From: Deltaproteobacteria bacterium
GTDB taxonomy: Bacteria > CG2-30-53-67
Assembly: GCA_013151235.1 (NCBI GenBank)
Contig: JAADIO010000035.1
Location: forward strand, 1 to 64,000
Reading direction: 5' to 3'
Length of the DNA: 64,000 nt
Within the stretch, counting starts at the first letter, position 1. Every line of letters begins with the position of its first letter. A program made the position numbers and the translations under genes. Below, one piece after another: positions 29,402 through 38,330 of the stretch. The notes below the pieces were generated by a model. It was not told where the DNA came from. It saw nothing but the letters and a program-made list of their open reading frames with translations, and did no database searches.

Positions 29402-30199
29402 TTAAAGCGCTTCCTTGCGGCGTTGACGTTCGCGCAGATCATCCTTGGTCCATACATAGGGAAGATCAATCACCGTTCCCGCAGGAAGTTTTTCGGCCGC
29501 ATAGCGCAAACAGTCGAGCAAGATATTTTCGTGTGTAATGGAATCTCCCACATCGCCGAGGGTCAGGCCGAAGGGATGACGAAGATAGAGGGCCAGGGAG
29601 GGCTTCACCTGCAGGGTGATCTCCCGCACCAGGGAGATCGAGACCGTGCACAGGCCCATCCGGTCGAGAACTCTCTGAATCAGTCCCACGGACTGGCTAC
29701 AGACCGGTCAGGAGGGCACCAGGATCACGAGATCGACTCCGTCATCGAGAAGCGCGCCGCCAACCAAAGGCACCCGTTCCGCGATCAGTTTTTCCGGAAA
29801 AGGAACATACCCCATGAAAGAGAAATGTCTCGGAGCCGCCTCACGGATCGCCCCTTCGATCCGCAGCTGTTTCAACAGTCCCAAGGGGAAAACGCAGTCC
29901 AGGTCTTTCAATGCGCGCTTCGTGTCGTAGCCGGGATGGGCTAAAGCGATCTCTTCCGGATCGATATCGTTCGGGATAACCCGAAAGCTGTCATCTCCCA
30001 GCTTATTGCGGGTGGAAAACGGCCCCTGACGATTGCGCAAATAGGCTCCTGATGTGGTGACCAGTGCAACCCGGCATTGATCAACCGGTTTTCCAACGGG
30101 ATGGTGATCGGTCGGCCGGCTGAAGTACATCCATTCAAAATCAGGCAGGATACGGCTTCGGATATAGTCTCTTTCAACCTCTGCGAAGTTCAAACTCAC
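29402..30199 (-). CDS. Selenoprotein of the PrdB/GrdB (Gly/Pro reductase selenoprotein B) type; Sec at codon 164 in a UxxC motif
   Basis: ORFs 29708-30199 and 29402-29689 are in frame; read-through gives VDLVILVPS-U-PVCSQSVGLIQR. Also VALVTTSG, GYD, DLDCVFPL, FSFMGY, PFGLTLG; GTG start with AAAGGAG. Confidence 0.9.
29660..29707 (-). promoter_or_regulatory. Bacterial SECIS-like hairpin
   Basis: After UGA: CCGG-UCUG-UAGC-CAGUCC-GUG-GGACUG-AUU-CAGA; G-led loop begins 18 nt after the UGA. Confidence 0.75.
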
Positions 30200-30246
30200 T
30201 GACTCCTTTTCCTTTCGTCGCGACCGAGAGCCTCTCCGGAAGGCTT

Positions 30247-30423
30247 AGTGGCCCTATTCGTAAATACGGTGGCCTGTCTGCGTGCGGCCCGCCCGCACAG
30301 GCAGGCCTCGTCTTCGTTGCGCTCCCTACACCGTACCACAGGGGGTACGCTTCAGTCGCGTGCCTTGATGAGACCGTCCTGCGACCCTCTCGGTGCGTCA
30401 CAGTATTTGCGAACAGGACCTCT
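30247..30423. mobile_element. MITE-like element, copy 1
   Basis: Ends AGTGGCCCTATTCGTAAATAC and GTATTTGCGAACAGGACCTCT are imperfect 21-bp IRs; inverted homolog at 36097-36294. Confidence 0.8.
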
Positions 30424-30703
30424 TGGGATCATCAGATTGTTGTTCCCGGAGGGCTGTGATTTGTGAGTGCAATGAAACTCCAAAGGGCACGATGAAACAG
30501 AGGACCACTTGAATGAAACTTCTTTTTGTAAGGGCTTCTCCAAATAGAAGATCAGTGTGATTAATCAGCACGAGCATGATCCCCACGATCAAAGAAACAC
30601 GCGTTGCCCGAAGAAATATTTTTATGGATGTTTCCCTTTGTGTTCTCAAAAATCGTTCTCTACCTCGGAAATTGTCCCCTATTCTTTTCTGTTCTTCAAC
30701 CAA
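30398..30703 (-). CDS. Small two-TM protein, NrtS-like
   Basis: RATRVSLIVGIMLVLINH...VLCFIVPFGVS; the last codons come from the MITE. Confidence 0.6.
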   Translation of the reverse strand: MVEEQKRIGDNFRGRERFLRTQRETSIKIFLRATRVSLIVGIMLVLINHTDLLFGEALTKRSFIQVVLCFIVPFGVSLHSQITALREQQSDDPKRSCSQIL

Positions 30704-31083
30704 TGGAACAGACCCTTGCTTCCCTGAACCGGAGCTATGGTAGGCGGCTTTTCCCTCGGGTCATCAAGCTTCATTTCCCACCATGCCTTCGGGCTTCTGG
30801 TGCCGCAGGAAGCACACTGATAGGGGTCGTAGATTTTGATCCAACTCGGCTGATCCGGTATATGTACATAGACCCAGCCCGCGCCCCGCTTGCGGTTTTT
30901 GACATCCTCAATTCTTGCCGCCAGAAAGGTTGAAGCCTCCCCTGCCTCGGCTACAAAGAGTGTCTCCATCCCTTTCTCCGGGGAGTGGATATACCAGGGG
31001 CCTCGGGTTTGGATTCTCGTAACCAGTTCGTCTGCCCGTTCCCATGTGAGAAGCCCGGTTAGCGGTTTGGAGTGATTGGACAT
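30679..31083 (-). CDS. Hypothetical Trp-rich protein with CxxC
   Basis: AAGGAG RBS and ATG; YDPYQCASCG; co-oriented between the ahpD-like and NrtS-like genes. Confidence 0.65.
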   Translation of the reverse strand: MSNHSKPLTGLLTWERADELVTRIQTRGPWYIHSPEKGMETLFVAEAGEASTFLAARIEDVKNRKRGAGWVYVHIPDQPSWIKIYDPYQCASCGTRSPKAWWEMKLDDPREKPPTIAPVQGSKGLFHWLKNRKE

Positions 31084-31121
31084 GGTTGCGGTCTCCTTCC
31101 TATCATCCGGTCAGGTAAAGA

Positions 31122-31661
31122 TTAAAAATCGATGTCCACCTGCAAGGCATCCAGAAATCTATTAAAAGAGGTGAAGAGTTCCATGACACCAAGGGCCTCA
31201 ATGATTTCCGCATCGCTGACGCCGGTCTTGCGAAGGGCATCAAATTCGTCCCCCGTGATCTTCAACGGTTCCCGGCTCGCCTTCCGTGCAAAGCGGATCA
31301 AGGCCTGTTCTTGGGCATTAAAATCAGCCTTGTCGATCTGTTCCGTGATGTTTTGGATCTCTTCCTCCGAAACGCCGATCGATTTCAGCGCACCCGTATG
31401 GGCCGCGACACAATAGGCACAGCTGTTGTCCTTGGAGACGAGAACGGCGATGGTCTGCTTGACCTTCTGGTTCAGATCTCCCTGCACCATCACCGCCTTG
31501 ACCTTGTTCCAGTTGGCTTCCAAAAGGGGGGGATAGTGGGCGTAGGTCCTGAACAGATTGGGCACCATACCAAACTCTGCTTCAACTTCCTTGAATATTT
31601 CCTGGACTTGACTGGAAAGGTTTTGCGCTTCCGGCGGCTGAATCCTAGACATGATGAACAC
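31122..31661 (-). CDS. AhpD/CMD-family peroxidase-related protein
   Basis: FGMVPNLFRTYAH, VSKDNSCAYCVAAH, FNR; AGGAGG RBS. Confidence 0.9.
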   Translation of the reverse strand: MFIMSRIQPPEAQNLSSQVQEIFKEVEAEFGMVPNLFRTYAHYPPLLEANWNKVKAVMVQGDLNQKVKQTIAVLVSKDNSCAYCVAAHTGALKSIGVSEEEIQNITEQIDKADFNAQEQALIRFARKASREPLKITGDEFDALRKTGVSDAEIIEALGVMELFTSFNRFLDALQVDIDF

Positions 31662-31703
31662 CTCCTATAATACAGGTTAACAAAATAACCGCCCAAATTA
31701 TAA

Positions 31704-31717
31704 ACCGAACGTCCGGT
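31704..31717. promoter_or_regulatory. Putative TetR operator upstream of the ahpD-like gene
   Basis: ACCGAACGTCCGGT imperfect palindrome next to a minus-strand TATAAT (31697-31702). Confidence 0.6.
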
Positions 31718-31741
31718 ATAATAATGTGCAAAAAAAAGAGA

Positions 31742-32341
31742 TTATTCCTTCAAACCAATCAATACCTCAAGGGATTTCAAACAGTTTTGGAACAATCTTT
31801 CATCCTTTTCAAGTCTAGCCATCATGATGCAGCCTTCCAGCGTTGAAACCACATGACGGGCTAGCAGGTGGGCGGAAAGATCGTTCCGTACTTCGCCTGA
31901 AACCTGTGCGTTTTTGATAACGTCCTGAAGTTTTTCTACCCATTCTTCAAAGATCCCTCTGATAAAGTTTGCGAAGAAAGGCTCCTTGTCACTCATTTCC
32001 AGGGCGGTATTTCCGAAGATACACCCTCCCACGAAACCATTGCTTTTATGCTTTTTGAATACACATTGAAAGAAACGGCGGAGTGATGCACCCGGTGTTG
32101 TACCGGAGAGGGAGCGGTTGAGAAACTCCAGGAATTCTTCCCTGGCCTTTTTCAGGATGGCAAGAGCCAGGGCATCTTTCCCTTCAAAATGAAAATAGAG
32201 ACTCCCTTTTTTCAGCCCCGTGGCCGCAACCAGATCATTGATGCTGGTGGCTCCAAATCCCTTCTGATGAAAAAGACGGGTCGCCTCGGAAAGTATTTTT
32301 TCCCGCGTCACCCCCCCTTTGGTTTGCATCTCGCCTCCCAC
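31742..32341 (-). CDS. TetR/AcrR-family regulator (NemR-like)
   Basis: TREKIL...GLKKGSLYFHFEGK HTH; GCIFGNTALE. Confidence 0.92.
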   Translation of the reverse strand: MGGEMQTKGGVTREKILSEATRLFHQKGFGATSINDLVAATGLKKGSLYFHFEGKDALALAILKKAREEFLEFLNRSLSGTTPGASLRRFFQCVFKKHKSNGFVGGCIFGNTALEMSDKEPFFANFIRGIFEEWVEKLQDVIKNAQVSGEVRNDLSAHLLARHVVSTLEGCIMMARLEKDERLFQNCLKSLEVLIGLKE

Positions 32342-32348
32342 ACCAAAA

Positions 32349-32393
32349 ACCGACCGTTTGGTCTATATTAGTCTCCCGAAAAACATTTGTCAA
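32349..32393 (-). promoter_or_regulatory. sigma70 promoter of tetR with adjacent operator
   Basis: TTGACA-17 nt-TAATAT, followed by ACCAAACGGTCGGT (32349-32362). Confidence 0.7.
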
Positions 32394-32518
32394 GTGGATT
32401 CTGTTGCCAAGCTTCCTTCTCCTGTGATATTTTAGAATAAATAACCAGGGTATTCAAGAACCGGGAGAAGCCCCCTTCCCCGGTCCAAAACCGAAAACAT
32501 TTCCGGGAACACCATTCC

Positions 32519-33634
32519 ATGATCAAAGAAATAAAACTGCGGGGGAATCTCTCCGAAATCTCCGTTGCCCAGGTCTTTCACGCCCTCTCCATCTCCGGGA
32601 CCACAGGGATTTTCCAATGGTCCTTCGGCCTGGTCGAAAAGAAGGTATATATCCACCAAGGGCGGATCGTCTTCGCTACCTCCAACCGGCTCAGCGAACG
32701 CCTCGGCGAATCCCTCTTCCGGCAGGGACGGATTCGGGCCGTCGATTTTATCCAGGCCTCCAGCCGGATCACGGAAACGAAACGGCTCGGGCAGATCCTG
32801 ATCGAGATGGGGGTCCTGAACAAGGAAGAGATCAAGGAAGGGATCATTGCACAGGTGCGGGAGATCATCGACAGTCTCTTCAACGAGTCCCAGGGGGAAT
32901 ATACATTTCTGGAACAGGAAAAACTGCCGAAGGAGGTAATCACCCTCGACATCAATACACAGGAATTGATCGTCAGGGGGGTCCAACGGATTACCGACTG
33001 GGATCTGATTTTGCAGACCCTGACCGGCATCGATGCCATCCTTGAGCCGTCGGCCAATGCGGAGCAAAAACGGATCGACGTTCCACTCTCGGAAGATGAG
33101 CAGAAGATCCTCCAACTTGTGGATCGAGAAAAAAGTGTCGCGGAGATCTGTGCCGCTGTAGATGGTAACGACTTTGAGACCTGCCGGACCCTGATGGCCT
33201 TTCTCTGTGCCAACCTGATTCGGAAGATCTCCGATACCGAGATCGCCGTGGTCGAGGAAAAGAAAACAAGCCGTTTCTTTGAAAAAACCGTCCACTGCTA
33301 CAACCGTCTCTTCTCTTATACCTACCGTTATCTCGGCGAAAAGGTCGGAAAACTAGGCGACAAGAATCTCTCCCACTATCTGGAGGAAATCAAGGGCGAC
33401 TATCCGGTCCTCTTCAAAGGAATTTTTCTGATGCCCGACGGAACCCTGGCGACGGAGGTCCTGAAAGAAAACTTTGGCCAGTTGGAAGAAAGGGGAAGGA
33501 ATGAAAGACTCCTCGCCGGCCTGAAGGCCCTTCTGGCGGCGGAACTTTCAGCCACACGGGAGTCCCTCGGTGCGACGGAGGAGACCTTCGTCATCTCCCG
33601 GCTGAAAGAAATCATGGAAGGGATGAAAAAATAG
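32519..33634 (+). CDS. DUF4388-domain protein
   Basis: LRGNL...TG...KKVYIHQGRIVFATSN..ERLGE, KRLGQILIEMG, GEYTF. Confidence 0.8.
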   Translation: MIKEIKLRGNLSEISVAQVFHALSISGTTGIFQWSFGLVEKKVYIHQGRIVFATSNRLSERLGESLFRQGRIRAVDFIQASSRITETKRLGQILIEMGVLNKEEIKEGIIAQVREIIDSLFNESQGEYTFLEQEKLPKEVITLDINTQELIVRGVQRITDWDLILQTLTGIDAILEPSANAEQKRIDVPLSEDEQKILQLVDREKSVAEICAAVDGNDFETCRTLMAFLCANLIRKISDTEIAVVEEKKTSRFFEKTVHCYNRLFSYTYRYLGEKVGKLGDKNLSHYLEEIKGDYPVLFKGIFLMPDGTLATEVLKENFGQLEERGRNERLLAGLKALLAAELSATRESLGATEETFVISRLKEIMEGMKK

Positions 33635-33653
33635 ATCGTCCGATCACTCCGGA

Positions 33654-36047
33654 TCAGCATTTCCCGGAAGAGATCAACACCTCCGAAATCTCCCGTACTC
33701 GTTCCATCTTCGTTTCCACTTGGCGAACCAGAGCGGCAGAATCGCTCCAACCTTTCTCCAAGAATGACAAAGGAACGTCGAGGGACGTTCCAACCTCTTC
33801 CGGCAAACCGATAAGACAGAGCATCCCCCTAAGATCATTGAAAAAACGCTTTGTCGAAAAGAGGACATCATACAATCCGGCATGCACCGGGTCCTTCTCT
33901 TTCAGGAGCAAAAGCGTTCGGATCGGAGATGTTTCATAAATCTCAAATCGGGCCTTCAACAGACAGATCACCAGAGAAATATCAAAGATCCCGCCCTTGC
34001 CCTGCTTGAGGTCACACTCCCCCGCCAGGGTATCTGCATAGTCATGCCGTTCCTGCAATTCCCGGACAAGATCGCGGACCAGCCGTTCCTTGTCCCGGAA
34101 AACCCTTCCCGCAATGATCTCCTCTTCAAAGCGCCGGTGCAACACCGAATCTCCGAAGACCCGTCGGGCCCCCAACAATTCGGTCCTTTCAATATAGTCC
34201 TCGGGTTCACGCCGATCGAGATAGGCCGCAAGCGCATTGAAGGGGATCACAAAAGTTCCGATCTTTTCCGCAATCCGATGATGAGGGAAATTCCCGACAC
34301 GGGTCAGTTCCCGGTGCATCCGGTGAACGGCGCCCTGCAGGGACGCCGGGTCCAGACGGTCGGGATCACAGAGAACGAACATGTCGTAATCATTGTCAAG
34401 AGCACGTCCCTCGGCATTGCCCCCCGTTGCATAGATCGCGAAACCGGAACGCCCGGTAATTCCCGCCTCCCGGCAGGCAAACCGCACCAGGTACCGGACA
34501 TATCGATCCATATAGCCGGCGCGGGCAAAACGCTTCGTCCGAACGGCATGCAGGGCATAGCTCAAAAACGACAGGTCATGACAGTCATGAAGGGTTTCAT
34601 AGCAATCGGGAAAGACAACGGTCCCGGCAAGGGAGGCATAGATTCTTCCCGCAGTCCGACGAAAACGCCCGGGATCGGGAATTCCTTCCGAGGGGAGAAC
34701 ATCCCGTTTGACAAGACGGAGGATCTTTCTTTCGATTCGTCGCCTGCAAAAGACCTGAATGAATTCAATATACTTTTTGAACTCCTCTTTAAAAAGGCCG
34801 GAAACCTCCCGGATCCGCCTGGAATAGCGGAAATAGCTTCGGAGCAGGACCGTCGAGGGGTGAACCCCTTCCGGTTCCCCGTACCCCATCAGGAGGGCCA
34901 CACGGTCCAGAGCCGCCCGGCAATGTGCATCGGTATAAAAGACCCCCTCCTCCTGAGCATAGATCAGATGCAGAAGAAAACGGAGGAGTTCCATAAAGGC
35001 CAGAGACTCTTCCAGGGAGGCATACTCCTCCTGCATGGCAGGGTCCATCCGCTGCAAGCTCTTGAAGACCTTCCAGAAATGTCCCCCCACGATACCAAGG
35101 TTTGCCCGCCGGGCGGCAATCAGGATTTTGGCCAGCCGGAGACCGTCCACCTTGGGGACGATCTCCCCGCTGCGGGTCCGGTGGGCGGCCAGAGAGCGGA
35201 TCTCTTCCACCACCCCCCGAATGAATCCTTCATAGTAACGGTTATCCAGGCCGGCCCGGTAAGTATACCTCCGCACCACCCGCTCCTGAAACTCCTCGAA
35301 GAGAGAAATACTTCCCGCAATCGGCACGGCCCCGAAGAGCTGGGTAATCACAACCAGGTTCGTCCGTTCCACATCCATGAGTTCTTCATAGACATCGATA
35401 CAGGCGGAAAACCACTTGGAGCCGGAGTGTTCCGACAGATAGAAATGCATCTGCGTCGCCCGGCGGTACATCTCCCGGTTGAGCTTCCCCACCAGGCGGT
35501 TCAGCGCGGCCAGGTCACCGCCTGCACGGTGAATAATCCCGACATCAATATCATCCTGGTCCCGCCGGGCACCCACGTGACAGATCACAAACTCGGGAAG
35601 GTTCTCCTCCCCTTCCGAAAGGATATCAAGAAACGACCGGATCAGAGCGGAATAGAGGAGGGAGAACTTCGCTTCCGCTCGCAGCAATACCTCCTTGTAG
35701 GAAGCCGTCCGGTTCGTCACGCGGGGACGATCTTTTTCCAGCAATGCGAGACAGTCAAGGTTCAGGAAAATTAACTGGAGTGCGTAATAACAACCGAGAA
35801 GATCTAAAGCTTCCTCACGGCTCCGGGCAAGATGACGGATCAGCTCCATTTCCTCCACGCAGAAGGGAGAAATCCTGTCGAGGCGAACCAGGGAGAGAAC
35901 CCGTCCTTTTTCCATTCGGTCAAGCAGTTGGGGGAGGAACCTTGAAATGATGTGAAGATTTTTCCGGTAATGATTTCCCAGAAGCGAAGCTTTCCCGATC
36001 CGTTCCGTAAGGCGGGCCTCAATCCGGCAGCGTTCACGTTCCGGCAT
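33654..36047 (-). CDS. Divergent GlnE/GlnD-like protein with two nucleotidyltransferase modules
   Basis: FVICHVGARRDQDDIDVGII; FAIYATGGNAEGRALDNDYDMFV; GARRVFGD; DLKQGKGGIFDI. Confidence 0.65.
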   Translation of the reverse strand: MPERERCRIEARLTERIGKASLLGNHYRKNLHIISRFLPQLLDRMEKGRVLSLVRLDRISPFCVEEMELIRHLARSREEALDLLGCYYALQLIFLNLDCLALLEKDRPRVTNRTASYKEVLLRAEAKFSLLYSALIRSFLDILSEGEENLPEFVICHVGARRDQDDIDVGIIHRAGGDLAALNRLVGKLNREMYRRATQMHFYLSEHSGSKWFSACIDVYEELMDVERTNLVVITQLFGAVPIAGSISLFEEFQERVVRRYTYRAGLDNRYYEGFIRGVVEEIRSLAAHRTRSGEIVPKVDGLRLAKILIAARRANLGIVGGHFWKVFKSLQRMDPAMQEEYASLEESLAFMELLRFLLHLIYAQEEGVFYTDAHCRAALDRVALLMGYGEPEGVHPSTVLLRSYFRYSRRIREVSGLFKEEFKKYIEFIQVFCRRRIERKILRLVKRDVLPSEGIPDPGRFRRTAGRIYASLAGTVVFPDCYETLHDCHDLSFLSYALHAVRTKRFARAGYMDRYVRYLVRFACREAGITGRSGFAIYATGGNAEGRALDNDYDMFVLCDPDRLDPASLQGAVHRMHRELTRVGNFPHHRIAEKIGTFVIPFNALAAYLDRREPEDYIERTELLGARRVFGDSVLHRRFEEEIIAGRVFRDKERLVRDLVRELQERHDYADTLAGECDLKQGKGGIFDISLVICLLKARFEIYETSPIRTLLLLKEKDPVHAGLYDVLFSTKRFFNDLRGMLCLIGLPEEVGTSLDVPLSFLEKGWSDSAALVRQVETKMERVREISEVLISSGKC

Positions 36048-36096
36048 AATCCCCTCTCCCGGGAGAAAAGATGTGTTTCAGGTCCGGTGAAAACTT

Positions 36097-36294
36097 AGTA
36101 GTCCTGTTCGTAAATACTGTGACGCACCGAGAGGATTGCAGGATGGCCTCATCAGGGCGTGTAACAAAGGCATACCCCTGTGGTACTGCAGAGAGCACAA
36201 CGTAGAGGAAGAAGCCGTCCTGCGGCACTCAAATGCCTGCCTGTGCGGGCGGGCCGCACGCAGACAGGCCACCGTATTTACGAATAGGGCCCCT
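36097..36294. mobile_element. MITE-like element, copy 2 (inverted relative to copy 1)
   Basis: Ends AGTAGTCCTGTTCGTAAATAC and GTATTTACGAATAGGGCCCCT; internal homology to 30247-30423. Confidence 0.8.
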
Positions 36295-37328
36295 TAGAAG
36301 AGGGTCGGAGGGTCCTCCGCCCGGGCCTTCTCTTCTTCCACCGGTTTCTCCAGCGAGAGCGGTGGAGATTTCTCCGATTCCCGTTTCCGGTCAAACCCCT
36401 TGAAAACATACTGACCAAGAAGGGAATGATACTTGCTCCATCGTTCCGGGGAAGGATCGGCCATGAGCTGACGGAAGACTTGCACCTTGGCATCAAGATC
36501 GTCCAACATGTGGAGTACGAGGGCCTCCAGGGTCATCGGTTTAACCGGTGAACCGAACTCCTCCCGACCGTGATGGGAGAGCAGAAGATGTTTTAAAAGG
36601 AGCGCCTTCTCTTCCGGAAAGGAGGGCAGAGACCGGATCACTTCGGAGATCCACTCGAGTTCGATGGAAATATGCCCGAGGAGCCGCCCTCGATCCGAAT
36701 AATCGAAGCCGCGAAGATAGGTAAGCTCTTCCACCTTCCCCAGGTCATGCAGAAGGATGCCGGTCCGGAGGAGATCCCGGTCCAGCTCGGGATAATGGGG
36801 GGCCACCCGTTCCCCTAATCCAAAGAGGGAGAGCGTATGTTCGAGAAGACCGCCCAAGTAGGCATGATGCATCGCCTTGGCGGCAGGCGCCCGGCGCATC
36901 TTGTCTGCAAGGGAGGGGTCCTCGAAGATAGACTGCAGGAGTTTCCGGTAGTCGGGATCCGCCACCGTCTCCCGTGCCGCCGTCAACGCCGTCCACATTT
37001 CCTCCGGGTCCCGGGCGGAAGAAGGAAGAAAATCAGCAGGATCAATCGTTGCATCCTCCACACGGACGAGGGACTGCAGGCTCATCTGGAGTTTTCCGTT
37101 ATACTCCGTAACCTGCCCCGCCACCTGAAGAAAGTCCCCTTTCGAAAATTCCTGCGCCACCCGGTCGGCCTTCTCCCAAACCTTGGCATCGATCTCGCCG
37201 GAACGGTCACCTAATTTCACCGTTAAAAATGGTTTGCCTGCCCGCGTCGTGGCCAAACTCTTTGCCCGTACCAGATAGATTCCGCTGACCTTTTGTCCCT
37301 CCGCCAGTTCTGCAATCCTGCATCCCAT
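36294..37328 (-). CDS. yhaM: OB-fold plus HD-domain 3'-5' exoribonuclease (YhaM/Cbf1 family)
   Basis: GKPFL..LGDRSGEIDAKVW, PAAKAMHHAYLGGLLEHT, LHDLGK, GHI, LSHHG..EFGSP, DDLDAK. Confidence 0.88.
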   Translation of the reverse strand: MGCRIAELAEGQKVSGIYLVRAKSLATTRAGKPFLTVKLGDRSGEIDAKVWEKADRVAQEFSKGDFLQVAGQVTEYNGKLQMSLQSLVRVEDATIDPADFLPSSARDPEEMWTALTAARETVADPDYRKLLQSIFEDPSLADKMRRAPAAKAMHHAYLGGLLEHTLSLFGLGERVAPHYPELDRDLLRTGILLHDLGKVEELTYLRGFDYSDRGRLLGHISIELEWISEVIRSLPSFPEEKALLLKHLLLSHHGREEFGSPVKPMTLEALVLHMLDDLDAKVQVFRQLMADPSPERWSKYHSLLGQYVFKGFDRKRESEKSPPLSLEKPVEEEKARAEDPPTLF

Positions 37329-37436
37329 TTCGCTCCCCTTCCATGGAAAAGATTCGGTGGCATCCCGCCTTCGTCGGTTTCCGGCATGCTACTATATCTT
37401 TTTCCATGGGGAAGTTCAAGCAGAAGACAGAATCAT

Positions 37437-38225
37437 TCATCTATGTTGTCGGGACCGGCGGGGAATCCCGAAGATCCCGACGAGACCTATCCCCAGGAGG
37501 AAGAGACTGGCCGGTTCCGGAACGGCACTTATTTGATGTATCTCCGCAGGGGAGAGACAGTAATCATAAATTTCAAGATCGTCAAGCATCCCCGAGAAGT
37601 ACCAGGGATTGTTTCCCCCTTCCATGCGGGTCATCCCCATGATCATCGGGGAACCGGTCCTGCTGTAGTTGAAGACATACCCCTGGCTGCCGACCGGCAC
37701 CCCATCGATGTAGAGGTACATGTTCCCGAACTGAAAGGCCGTTGTCAAATGGTGCCATTGACCGTCATTGACGGCAAAGGGAGACTCTATGACGGCCACT
37801 TTCGTACCTGCACGAGGGCTCTCGTCCAGGGCCACATGAGCCTTGCCGTCGACCATCCTGACGGAGAAACCATGATTGGTCCCGTACCAGGCATCAGGAT
37901 CGGAGCTGAAGATCGTCCCGATCGAGGTCTGAGTGGTCTGAAACCAGGTAGCGAAGGTAAAGACCGCCGGCTGCAGGACATCATCGAAATGGACATAGTC
38001 GTCGACACCATCGAAGGAAAGAGCACCCGCCGGGTTGCCAAAACGGTCGGCAACAAAGGTCCCCCCCATCACCGTCCCGTCATAACCATTTCCCGTGGCA
38101 TCCATGGCGTTTCCATCAAAGGGAAAGTAAGCCACCGGTCCATCAATCGGTGCAGCACCCACGGGCTGCCAGGCAAAGAGAATGCAGGGCATCAGGAGAA
38201 GGATAGAGAGGATCTTTTTCATCAT
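37437..38225 (-). CDS. Secreted LamG/ConA-like protein with PEP-CTERM sorting signal
   Basis: Signal peptide; YFPFDGNA.D..GNG, DRFG, DGQWHH, LYIDG, LDDLEIY; VPEPASLFLLGIGLVG..RR. Confidence 0.9.
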   Translation of the reverse strand: MMKKILSILLLMPCILFAWQPVGAAPIDGPVAYFPFDGNAMDATGNGYDGTVMGGTFVADRFGNPAGALSFDGVDDYVHFDDVLQPAVFTFATWFQTTQTSIGTIFSSDPDAWYGTNHGFSVRMVDGKAHVALDESPRAGTKVAVIESPFAVNDGQWHHLTTAFQFGNMYLYIDGVPVGSQGYVFNYSRTGSPMIMGMTRMEGGNNPWYFSGMLDDLEIYDYCLSPAEIHQISAVPEPASLFLLGIGLVGIFGIPRRSRQHR

Positions 38226-38315
38226 CGGCTCCTTTCATAAAGAATGATTGAGAAAAGAGGGATTCGCTCCACGGTTCCGGAACCGGAAATCAGATTCCTT
38301 CCAATCCGTTCAAAA

Positions 38316-38330
38316 GCACAATACATGCCA
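38316..38330 (-). promoter_or_regulatory. sigma54 -24/-12 promoter of the PEP-CTERM gene
   Basis: TGGCATGTATTGTGC, with GG-N10-GC spacing matching TGGCACG-N4-TTGC. Confidence 0.7.

Noticed and set aside
30248-30466. Small ORFs containing ACLRAARPHRQA (also 36078-36272)
   Set aside because: Translations of the MITE palindrome, not genes
33882-35774. 630-aa plus-strand ORF
   Set aside because: Antisense to the nucleotidyltransferase gene, which carries the motifs
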